From NCBI GenBank assembly GCA_043228905.1, contig JBHGNT010000006.1, positions 9,486,001 through 9,550,000 on the forward strand: DNA of 64,000 nt, given 5' to 3'. Position 1 is the first letter of the stretch. Each line of letters opens with the position of its first letter. The notes beneath the pieces are model-generated. The model did not search any database. It saw only the letters and a list, made by a program, of their open reading frames with translations, and was not told the DNA's origin. The stretch is from Azolla caroliniana. Its lineage: Eukaryota > Plantae > Polypodiophyta. Made by a program: the position numbers and the translations under genes. This document shows, piece after piece, positions 39,881-51,204 of the stretch.

Positions 39881-42800
39881 TGCCGCCCTCACCTCAACCG
39901 GCTTCTCGGGCTCGGGCTCTGTCGCGAGACACTTTCTCTTCACGAGGTCCACGATGTTGTCGTGGAATTCCCTTCTTGCTATGCAAAGCACTTCCCTAAG
40001 CGTGAGTTCTACGTGACTATCGAGAACTCGTTCCTCTAGAACCTTATGTAGATTCGTTGTTTTCTCGATCTCCGAGCTTAAACGGAAGCTTGGAACCCTG
40101 CCCTTCTCCTTCTCCTAGGACCCGGTCGGAGTGGCATCGTGCCTTTTCGGCATGCTTTAGGTGTCATACCTCCCTGAAGGGCCCACTCCCTCGGTTTTCC
40201 CCGCTTGCCTTTCGTCGATCAAGGCCTCGTAGTTCCTGCACGCGGCCTTCGCAAAGCCGATGCTCTCCTCACTCTAGCTGGTAACTTCATGCACACGCTC
40301 CTCCACGCGCTCCGCTTCTCCCTTCTGCACCCTTCCTCCGGACATGGTCTCGAGAATAACCGGCCAGAACCCAGGGTTTGAATCGGGTTTGGCCGCCCTT
40401 TCACCTACGCGGATGCCGGCCGAAGCCGAGTAGTGGATGGCTTCGACGTGTCGTGCTGTGGCCTCTTCCATTAGCCTCTTCATTCCACCTCGTCCGAAAT
40501 TCGTGTCAAGCAATCTTCATGTGTTGCTCGCATGTATCCTGCCATTTGAATGATAAACTACATTACTTCTGAGCGCTTCATTGAGGTCAACACAATCTCT
40601 CCAAGAATGTCCGGTGGCGTCACACCATATGCACCTCCGATTGGCCGGCAATCGTCGGTCGCATGGTTGACCCTCGTTGCTTCGTTGGGCCTGAGTGATC
40701 TGGAGGTCGCACACCATCCTTGTTAGTTCTTCAAGTCCTGCACCGCCTACAGGCCCCGTGACTACGTTTGCCGGAGGTGGGCCTAGCTCGATCCACCTCC
40801 TAATTTCTTCCATTCGTGTCGGTGTCGGCTCGGCTTTGGTTTCGTCAACTGGTTCGGCTAGCAAGGACCCCCTTTCTTTCCAATCTCGGCGTTTGTCAAT
40901 CCTGCTGCATACTTCTTTGACGGTTGCCCAGTCAGTCGTGATACCGCGGTAGGTTTCCAGAAGAAGACCCACGCTTTCCCAGACGTGCGAGTCAAACGAC
41001 GTAACGGAAAACAGGACTTTGCTCGTTTCGAGCACGGTTCGGTCCAATCAAGAGAGCCGCGTGAACTGTGACTCAAACTCCTGGAGGAGTGCCAAAGCAT
41101 TTAAACCCTTGTCGGGGTTGTTGACCCAATCCATAAAGTCCTTTCTCGATAGCTGGAGCGAGTCGTCGTAGCTGTATCTTTCGAAAACTTCGTCCGCGAA
41201 TTCCGCCCAATCACGGCAGCCCGCTTGTATTTTGACCATCTCCGTATGGATGTGTGGTATCACGACCCGAGGAAACCCTATCAGCCATCTATCCTCGGGT
41301 ATATTCCTCATTTGCATTTCAGATTTGTAGGCCTCTAAGTAACTCGTGGTGTCTTTCCCACTGAACCGGCCTATCTTGTCGACCGTTGCTTCTATGGCCC
41401 TGTCGAGGGCACTCGCGCCCTCACGAGTGCTAACCAGGCAATCTACCGCCACCGCCATTGCTTCTGCAAGTTCGCTCCCACTCATTTTCAAATTCCTTTG
41501 CCACCCCTCTTCACGTTGGGTTCACCAAAGATGTCAAGGAAATCGTCGCGGATGTGTAGCAGTTGGGCAGGACCGCGGGGGTCTTGAACCAAGGAATCAA
41601 GAAATGGGGAGGAAGACTTTGTGGTTTATGTGAGCCCTGAGACTGCGGTTTAAACAGAGAAGGTTAGTGAAATGAGAGAGATAGTGTAAGAGGATCGTGT
41701 GTAGACACAAGCGCGGATAGAGATGTTAAGAACAACTTGCATTTTGCAGATAAGTTTCTTTTAACGAATATATGCGCTTAGTGTTGTGGGTGATTACAAC
41801 CGGATCAATGCCGGTGGTCGAGCGTAGGCTCTATAGTAGTCAGATACAAAGTGGAGTCGGCACACATAAGGTCGATCCCTAGTCGGGAGCACTCGGGCGT
41901 CTGACGCGATCAGGGGAAGCACCTCCCGATGATCTCTCATAGGACTCCTCATCTCGTCTTCTCTCTATTCCCTTTCTCCTCTCTCGATTACTTTCCCCCC
42001 AAAATGACATCCTCGCAAATAGTCAAAGGTCGCCCCCTTTATAGCACAAGGAGCAACCGTTACAAGGCATTCATGACTTGTCGCTTTCCCTTCCTAGATT
42101 CTCCCCCCTTGATTCGCTCTCCTCGTAACTCTCCCTACTTACGCGATGTCTGAATCCCTATTAATGCCTTAACTACCTAGTACACCTCCCTCTACCTATG
42201 CCTAGTACTTACACTATTTGATTCACTAGGGATGTGCACTCGTGCACACCAATGCTCCCACGCGTTTCACCTTGTTTCTACGTATGGCCCGGAATCTTCA
42301 CGACATCCACCCCCACTAAACCGCACATACTCCGTTATGTGCCGAGCAACGATTTTAGTGAGGGATTCCAGGCCATATCCTACTCGTCCTCCCCTTCTGA
42401 ACCGGTGCTTTCAGCTCCTGGGTTTGGTTCCGCCTCGCTCTGCCTCTGGAAGGCCTTTATCCGCTTCCCGGCCACCGGAGTCGTCATTCGGGTCTCGTCC
42501 AGCTCCGTGAGATGATACATTGTGTTATCATTGACGCTAATTACCACGTATGGCCCGAATCATCGCTTTGCGAACTTACGCGTAGACCTATGTTGGTTGT
42601 CGAGGCTGTTGTTGTAGACCAACACCCAATCGCCATCCTCGATCTTCCTTGGCTAGAGCCGGTGTGTTCGGTTGAACCGGGCCTTGTTCCGGATCCTCAC
42701 TTCTCTCACCCTCGCCGTGGCCCGCTCCACGTCTTCTGGCCTTCGCTCAAGCTGCCAGATTCGAGCCGCTAGCAATTCTTCTCGGCTCATTTCGTTGGCC

Positions 42801-43020
42801 TAATTGATCGTTGTCCACGAGGTGATCGCCCACTCCACTGGCATGATGGGTTTTTGTCCAAACATTAGTTCCGCCGGCATGTACCCCATCATTGAACTGT
42901 GGGTAGTTCTGTCCGCCCACAGTGCGTAAGGGAGCAACCTCGGCTAGTCGCCGACTCGTCCTTCGCACGCACGTACAATGGCTTTTACGATCGGACCGTG
43001 GCCCTGCTTAATCTTTCCGT
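39881..43020 (-). mobile_element. Second Trp-primed gypsy fragment: integrase C-terminus, PPT, LTR (41532-42305), PBS, gag
   Basis: Integrase-like LLPYALWADRTT..GYMPAELMFGQKP near 42850-42990; PPT at 42306; TG...CA LTR; PBS 41511-41527; gag 41491-40517 with CIWCDATGHSWRDC knuckle. Confidence 0.85.
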
Positions 43021-44023
43021 TAGAAAAAGCATGCATGAACACTATAGTCGATAAAAACACATGAGGTTAGAAAAGGCATGATCACTTTTAGAAGAAGCAT
43101 GTTAAATAAAGCATATAGTCTATAGTTAGAGAAAAAACATGGATTGCTAAGACTCTCTCATCACTATATAAGCATAGGGAGCACAATGTAATAAGGGTGG
43201 GAAAACTTTGGAAATTGGATATATTTCTAAAAAAACACCAATTAATAAATTATATTCGTGGGATTCACGAAATAAACTATACTCGTGGGATTCACGAGGT
43301 TTCTATATCCTTATCTTTCAATCTAAATTCATATTCTTATCTTAATATTGATTAATCTAATACAATATACTTGTGGGATTCACAAGTTTCAATCTCTCTT
43401 TCTTATAATCGATTCATATTCATCACTAAACTCATCTCAAATTCTTCCTCCTCCTAGTCCAAAACTCCGGCGGTTCCCACCCGACTCACACAACGATCCG
43501 GTGTTTAAAGGCATGACACAAGTTTGGAATTGAGGAGCAAGGTAGAGAAAAAAGCTCATAATTCCCTCATCAAATGTCCAAATTATACAAGAAAAGATCC
43601 ATAAGAAAGCTAACTCAAAGGGCTTTCCAAAAATAGAATAATTATAGAAATAAAAAGTAACTCATATAGACAAGATTTTATTTAGGAGAAAAATAAAGCA
43701 AGCCATAGAAACCCTATAAATAAGAGCTATTCTTAAGAAGGAGAGGGGGAGATGGATAGGGATTTGAAGAAGAAAAGATTTATGTTTCCTCTCTCATACT
43801 CTTAACCCTAAAGGGGGATATAAAAAAATCTTGTATCAAAATAAGTCCATTATATGGATGATTTAGTAATAAAAACTCTCTATGTTTCCTCTCTCATACT
43901 CTCTTAATTTAAGTTTTTCTTACCTATAGATATAATTTAGTGCTATTCATACGCTCTTACTCATAAGCATAATTAATCATTATTCGATCTTGCATACTCT
44001 CTTACTGGAAGATTTGTATATGA
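43021..44023. repeat. AT-rich unassigned repeat-like DNA, possibly LTR fragments
   Basis: Two TATA-like motifs, three gtgggattcac copies, and a duplicated tatgtttcctctctcatactct at 43781 and 43881. Confidence 0.35.
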
Positions 44024-46780
44024 ACCCCGCCGATGTAGACAATGTTTCCCGGTTTCCACCTCTGGCCGAAATTCTTCACGACAACGCCAATTTGCATCCT
44101 TTGCCGCTTCTGTGTAGCTCTCTAGCTCATGCACTTCTGTCATCTTGGTCATGTACGCATCATGATGCGCCATGTACTCATTGTACCCGTACCGCTTCAT
44201 GGGGTTCTTCTGGCAGGAAGCCCAACGTAACTTATCGTTACCCGGTTTGAGGCCCTTCTTGGCCGGTTCGGTCTTCGTTGCCAAAGATCCGCCTTCTTCT
44301 TTTTCCGAGTCGGATCCGCTCTGATCCAACTCACCATTGCCAGTCTCATGCTCCGATATCTTCCTCTTCCCCTTTTCCTTGCGTGTGAACCATCTCCTTG
44401 GTTCATTGCATGGCAGAGTCTCCACTACTCACCGGTTCATCTTTCGACTGGTCTGTCTGACTCAGTCACTCGTTCGGTTCGCTCAACCGAAATGATTCCG
44501 GACTCACATCTAGAGTCTCGAACCCTTCATCTTCTAACTGGACCAGTTTAGGCTCACTAGCCTCATCCTCCGGTATCGGGTCGGGGTCGGAAGTTGGAGC
44601 TGGTAAGGCATACCATGATGCCGTCTCATGAACCTCAACATCCCGGCTAACTCGGACTCGGGGTTATAACCGACCAGGATACATTTCTCCGACTTTGCAT
44701 CCAACTTCCTCCACTTCTCATTTGGCACATGCACATATGCAATGCTACCGAAGGTGTCTCAAATTCGGCTTGTGCACGACATACAGCTCATGCGTGGACA
44801 CCTTGTCAATGATCCAGTTTTGGATATAGACGGCTGTCCAGACCACCTCAGCCCAGTAGAATTTGGGCATGCTCTTCTCCTCTAGAATCTCCCTTGTCGC
44901 GTCGATAATCGACCGGTTCTTCCTCTCAGCCACACCGTTTTGCTCCGGTTTGTATCTGCAACTGAACTCTCTCCGAATTCCTTTTTATTGTAGATAACTG
45001 TTGAATTGGCCGGAAAAATATTCTTTTCCGCCATCCGACCACAGGCACTTGATCTTCCTCTCCGTTTCCCGTTCAATCAGGCTTTGCACGTTCCGGAAAT
45101 ACTCGAAGACTTTGCTCTTCCGCTCAATGAGGTAGATCCATGTGTGCCGGCTGTAGTCATCAATGAAAGAGACGAAGTATCGACTCCTGCCAAGACTAAC
45201 GTTCTGAGTGGATCCCCATAAATCCGAATGAATAAGGTCGAGCTTGAAGCCTCCGGTAATTGATGTGGCCGATCCTCTTGTGCCCGAGATCAATATCCGA
45301 TTCAATCTTCTGTCCTTTGGTGAACAAAGCAGTGCCGACGTTATTGGTGCGAGGATGAACATCCTCCCATCTCTACGGCCTTGTGCAATAATCTGGCCCT
45401 CTTCCTCTATGAAGCACCCAAGGTGTGTAAATCGCACCTACATCCCCTAGTCAATGATCTGACCGACTGACACCAGGTTCTTCGTGATAGTCGGAATGTG
45501 TAATACGTTCATCAGCTTCCCCCTCTGTCCAACGTGGCTCAAAGGGACTTCTCTGACATGCACGATTGGGCAAGGAGTGTCGTCTCCGGTTTCGACAACT
45601 CCCGGTTGTTCCGGTTTCTCCAAGAAAGAGAACCACTCTTTGTGGCTCGTCATGTGATTTGACGCACCGGAATCAATGTACCACACTTCCTTTGATTTGG
45701 AAGTGTTCTTTTTCATCGAATTAGCCTCGTGTTTCATCACCAAGGCTGGCCCTTTATCAGTTTCTCCGGTTTTGGATCCTCCCGATCCTTCTACGTAGTG
45801 CGAGTATTGCCGGTTCTCTCTACCGGCCTTGCCGGATCCGGATCTGTTTGAATCGGCGCGCTTCTTCCATCACTCGCTTTCTCTGTGGCCCTTTTTACCA
45901 TAGTACCAGCATTTTGTATCGGCCTTTGCTTGCCGGCCTCTAGCGCCGCCTTGACTACCCCTGCTTGTGGACAGTTCGGAATTGTTGTCGGCACGTTCTC
46001 TATGCCTTCGGTCCTGCTCTTGTCGATAGCTACCATTGCGAGCTGACCTGCCTCGTCCACCACACCCATGGGGCCGATCCGCCTCTGTGTACAACATCCG
46101 GCTTTCGGTGGGTGCACTTGTTGACAGACCGGCATGATTCTCCTCTACAAGGAGCAACGACTGTAAGTCAAAAAATGATGGCGTATTCTCCCTTGCACAT
46201 ACTGTCGTTCGAAAAGCTCTGAACTTAGATGCTAGGCCCCCAAGACAGATCTGCACCATCTCATCTTCCTCTACAGTGACATTGATAGAGGCAAGTGAGT
46301 CACAGATCTCTTTGATTCGGGCCGTGTAATTGGCTACCGACATGTCCTTCTGTTAGACATTGCTCAACTCCTGTCGGAGTTGTAGCTTCCGGGCCGTAGT
46401 GCTTGCCGTGAAAACCTTCTTCAGGTTTCCCCAAGCTTCTTTTGGCGTCTTGGCATCTCGTGCATGGCTCAACAACTAGTCTCTAACACTGGATGCAAAG
46501 CAGTACATCACTCTACTTGTCGCTTGTTCCCACACTGGGAAGTCCTTGTGTGCTGCATCAGGTGCTATGTCGACATAGCTCCAGTAACCATGCCCAAGCA
46601 GGTACTTGTGCATCTTGTATGACCAAGATGCATAGTTGGATCTATCGAGCTTCTCCACTGGGAGCGAGCTAGCCATTCCTCTGTCCCTCACTTCTCTTTC
46701 TGTTCTTACTAGGTCTTAGGGTTTGTCTTCAAATGTTGATGTCGGCTGCAGAGTCTCTCAACCCTCACGCTCTAATACCG

Positions 46781-47194
46781 TGTAAAAACAAAGGTGCCGA
46801 AGCGTTAGACAACCGGCTTAGCCGGATAGCAACAGAGAGAGAGAGAGAGATTAACACACAAAAGGTACGCAGGAGAGACAGAGAAAGAGCAAAACAACTT
46901 AAATCTATTATCAACAACTCTGTAAAATTCTCTGTGTATACAACGTGCTCAACAACACTATTTATACAAGTCCTAAGAGGACTGATAGAAGTATAGTGTA
47001 CTTCAATGCTCACATGAGCGTCTGACACTAACTATGAGACATTAACTGCCTAGTAGTCCAGGCTGCTACTAGGCTTCCTGTTACTGCTTGATCTGGCTAA
47101 TCGGCTCCCCATCTCACCGGCTCATCCTTTCGGATGTCGATCCGGCTCAGGCTTATTCAGCTGATCCGGATCCGGTTGAGCTTGCCGTTCAACA
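46781..47194 (-). repeat. 5' LTR of F
   Basis: TG...CA; adjacent degenerate iMet PBS. Confidence 0.93.
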
Positions 47195-48424
47195 CAGAGC
47201 AATGTTGGAGGAGAAGCGCATGCCAAAGTTCTATTGGGCTGAAGCCATTAGGATGGTTGTTTACCTTCAAAATCGGACATCAGCTAGTGGAGCACAAGTT
47301 TCGCTGCACGAACTATATTTTAGGCGTAAGACGAATTTGGTGCACTTACGGGTGTTTGACAATATTGTGTATGTGCATGTGCTAGATGAGAAGTAGAGGA
47401 AGTTGGCTGACAAAACCAAAAAGTGCATACTTGTTGGCTACTCGCATGAACAAAAGGGTAAATATAAATGTTACAACTCCCAAACTAAAGAGATTTTTGT
47501 TTTCCATGAATTGGCTCCATGGTATCTACCTCCGGCTAGTGTGATCCTTATGCACTCTGAGCCACATTCAAATTATGAGGCAAGTGTAGACGGCTCATTT
47601 GAGGAGGAAATCAACACTCAAGAAGAGAGTATGATTTCGTTTCGACTAAGTTGGCCAATTGAGGAGCCGAGTCAAAACGACTAGACGGCAAGTGACGAGG
47701 GATCTGCCATGCTATCATCGAAGAAGAAGCCAAAATGGCTGACATGCCAAGAGAAGATTCGGCCAAGAGGGCCATGAAATCGGCCAACAAGAAGTTGTGT
47801 CGATCGACTTGGCACGAGAACCCCATAATTTGGTACAAGTACAATGAATATATGGCGCATCATTATGCATACATGATGAAGGTGGTAGAAGTATGTGAGT
47901 TGGAGAGCTATGTTGAGGCATCATTGGATGCCAAGTGGCAATTGGCCATGGAGGAAGAGATGTGGGTGTTAACTGCAAACAACACATGGGACCTGGTTGA
48001 TGTTCTCAAACATTGCAAACCAATTGGATGTAAGTGGGTGTACAAGATAAAGTACAATGTTGACGGCCCCGTCAACTGGTGTAAGGCCCGATTGGTGGCC
48101 AAAGGCTACGCGTAGACCCACGGGATCGACTACGATGAGACCTTCACGCCATCAATGAAGACGACGATGGTCCGTGTAGTGTTAGCAGTAACATTAGCAA
48201 AGAGGTGGTATCTCCACCAAATGGAAGTAAAGAATGCATTTCTACAAGGTGACCTTGAGGAATAGGTATATATGGTCCAACCCCCTAGATTTCGGTTCGA
48301 ATTGAACAAGTCAGTAGTGTGTCTACTGAAGAAGTCACTTTACGGCCTCAAGCAGGCCCCACATGCTTGAACCTCAAGCAAGTCTACGAATGATGGGGTT
48401 TGAGGTCTCGAAGTCCGATAACTT

Positions 48425-48518
48425 TGTTGGCATAAAAGGCCAACTCCCACCACTTTGTATCTTTAGTGTGAACATTTCCTCTTTCTAGGGCTTCAGTATA
48501 TAAGCTCAACCCTAACAT
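48425..48518 (+). repeat. 5' portion of a family-B-type LTR, interrupted
   Basis: Matches 15381-15476 up to cctaacat. Confidence 0.85.
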
Positions 48519-48724
48519 TGTTGGGAAATCGGTCCCTCCGGATGGGATCCGGTTATGAGTGAAGAGAACCTGGTGAGAACCGGAAGAGAAGACATATTTG
48601 TAAATATGTTTTGAGTAAGCCTATTGAGGCTATATTTGTAAATAGCCCTAAGTTCATATAAGTATAAATATGACTTAGGGCAATCACTCAAGGTGTGTTG
48701 TCATATTGTTGTATGTGTATATTG
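48519..48724 (+). repeat. 5' portion of an E-related LTR, interrupted
   Basis: TGTTGGGAAATCGGTCCCTCCGGATG plus the conserved gtataaatatgacttagggcaa block. Confidence 0.85.
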
Positions 48725-50547
48725 TGTTAGGAAACAAATCCCTCCGGATGGGATAGGAGTACCCGGCAACGGAAGACCCGGTGAGAACCGGATGACAAGT
48801 GCCCGGCAAGAGCCGGATGATGTAGGACTGGTGAGGAGTGCTCACCAGATGAAGGGACATATTCGTAAATATGTTTCTGAGAGTCCATTGAGGCTATATT
48901 TGTAAATAGTCGAAAAGTGATATTAGTATAAATATGACTTAGGGCAAACTTAGAGTAGTGGTTGTCATTCTTGTTGGTGTAGATTTGAGAGCGTAACTGT
49001 GTACAAAGAGAGAGAGAGAGAGAGAGAGGAAGAAGTCCTTGCCTCTGTTGTAACCGCCGCCTGTGGTGAACATAGCAAGCTCGAGGTCGTTGCCTCGGTG
49101 CTTTACTATTGTACATTGTGATATAGTGATAGTTTGCAGTCTGTGGGCTGCCGTGGTTTTTCCCTAGTTTGGGTTTTCCACGTTAACATCCTGTGTACTC
49201 TTCTCTTCACTGTCTCGTGCGTACCTTACCCGTTTTTTGTGTTTGATCTTAGACTCGGTTGTGGCCGAGCGTTGTGTTTTAGGGAGCATGTATTCCTGTC
49301 AAAGTGGTATCAGAGCGAAACCACATAGAAAATGGACGAATTGTTGGGAGGCATGTTCAAGCTCACCGGCTCCAACTATTCTGTGTGGAAGTTGAAGATG
49401 AGGGACATGGTCGTGGTTAAAGATCTTTGGTTGATGGTTTAGTTCGGGGACAAGAGACCGGAAAAAATCGACACCACGATGTGGGAGGTGATGCACATGA
49501 AGACAACGGCGTACATACGGTGCTTCATTGACATGAGTCTATACAACAACTTCAATAAAGAGAGCAAGGCTCATGAGCTCTGGGAGAAGATCGACATTAT
49601 GTTTCAGAACAAAAATGTTGTTAATCAGGTTTCAGTATTTCGGAGGCTAGTAAGACTCCGGTACCAAGATGGCTCCAACATGGCGGAACACATGAATGCC
49701 TTCCAGGGGCTGATCCACCAGGCAACATCATTGGAAGTACCTCTCGCCGATGAGGTACTAGCACTACTCCTGCTCGGTTTTCTCCTAGATAGCTGGGAGA
49801 CGTTGGTTGTCACTTTGGGCAACGCCGGGCCGGAAAGAAAACGGTTATCCCTAGCCATAGTGAAATCGAGCTTGCTAGATGAGGAGGCGCGTCGGAAAGA
49901 TAAGGATACGAGCTCCGACTCCAAAGCGCTCCTTACCGAATCGGAACGCCGACGACAAAGGAACCGTATTCCCCAGAATCGGGAGAAGTCGGGGACATGG
50001 TCAAAGTCAAGGGGGAGGCCTACCTACTTCTATTGCGGCAAGCCGGGACACTTCCAGAAGAACTGTCGGCACTTCCGAAAAGACAAGGAAACCGATGGTA
50101 CCGATTCGAAGAGGACACCGGACTGGAACGGTAAAGACCGGAGGGGGACGGACCGGAAGGGAACGACGACAATCACGGCAAGTGAAGAAGAGTTGATGCT
50201 CATCACCGAGGAGAGTGAGTTGAACCTTGCCGGTGACGAGACAACGTAGGTTATTGATTCTGGAGCGTCGTTCCACCTTACCCCAGACCGTAAATACTTC
50301 TCATCCTACACGGCTGGTGATCACGGTTGTGTCCGGATGGGGAATGAAGGATGAGATGGATTCCCTGCATGAGAACCATACGTAGGAATTGGTGGAGTTG
50401 CCAAAAGGAAAGAGGGCACTCCGAAACAACTGGGTGTACAAGTTGAAACCGGGAGATGCCGGCAACCCCCCGAGATACAAAGCTAGGATCGTGGTCAAGG
50501 GGTTTCAACAGAAGAAGGGCGTGGACTTCGACGAGATATTTGCCCCG

Positions 50548-51194
50548 TGTTGAAAAAACCGACTCTCCGATTCGCCTTCACCACTCGGCCACAACCGAGA
50601 AATCACGAATCAATGCAGCAGAAAATAGGAAACACAGAGAAAGACACGATAACACAGGGATTAACGTGGAAAACCCTAAATGGGGAAAAACCACGGGAGT
50701 CCTCAAACTCCAACTATCACTACAAACAGAGATGTACAATGGTGAAGCTACAAGGCAACAACCTTGAGCTCACTGTCTTCGCCACAAGCGGCGGTAATAC
50801 ACAGAGGCAACGACCTCTTCGTCTCTCTGTCTCTCTCTCTCTCTCGGCTGCTCTCTTCACTCTCTCTTAGTGAAAACAGAAAAAAATGAGCAACAACAAA
50901 AACTGTTTGCCCTAAGTCATATTTATACATATATGACTTTCGGGCTATTTACAAATATAGCCTCAAGGGCCCTTGGCAAACATATTCACAAATATGTCCC
51001 CGCATCCGGATCTCTCTCCGGGTACATTCGTCATCCGGCTCCGTAGCCGGGGTCTTCATCATCCGGCTCCGTAGCCGGGTACTCTTCATCCGGCTTCATG
51101 CCGGGTACTCTTCATCCTCCGGTTCCGTAACCGCAACCGGGCTTGCCGTCATTCATCTCCGGACATCCCATCCGGAGGGACCGTAATCCCAACA
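50548..51194 (-). repeat. 3' LTR of element I
   Basis: 647 bp, TG...CA, adjacent to PPT. Confidence 0.97.
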
Positions 51195-51204
51195 AACTCC
51201 CCCT

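Larger units (their letters stand above)
35086..44083 (-). mobile_element. Ty3/gypsy-type element H, tRNA-Trp primed, gag-only (non-autonomous); 5' LTR interrupted
   Basis: 3' LTR 35086-35843; PPT 35844-35858; PBS 39152-39168; 5' LTR split into 39173-39880 and about 44024-44083; 4-bp TSD ACGC at 35082-35085 and 44084-44087; host F reading ANWR|ATMEEE rejoins. Confidence 0.9.
28327..47194 (-). mobile_element. Ty1/copia family A copy F, inflated by nested E2, H and further inserts
   Basis: LTRs 28327-28769 (3', PPT 28770-28781) and 46781-47194 (5', mutated PBS 46769-46780); TSD TAGAG/CAGAG; gag 46691-45870, PR/INT to 44084, RT/RH 35085-33905. Confidence 0.92.
27660..48424 (+). mobile_element. 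Old family-A-type copia G (integrase to RT fragment) split by the 18.9-kb element F
   Basis: 27660-28326 GAG-pre-integrase/integrase up to IAEATR; resumes at 47195 with AMLEEKRMPKFYWAEA, then RT to LYGLKQAP; heavily decayed. Confidence 0.85.
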
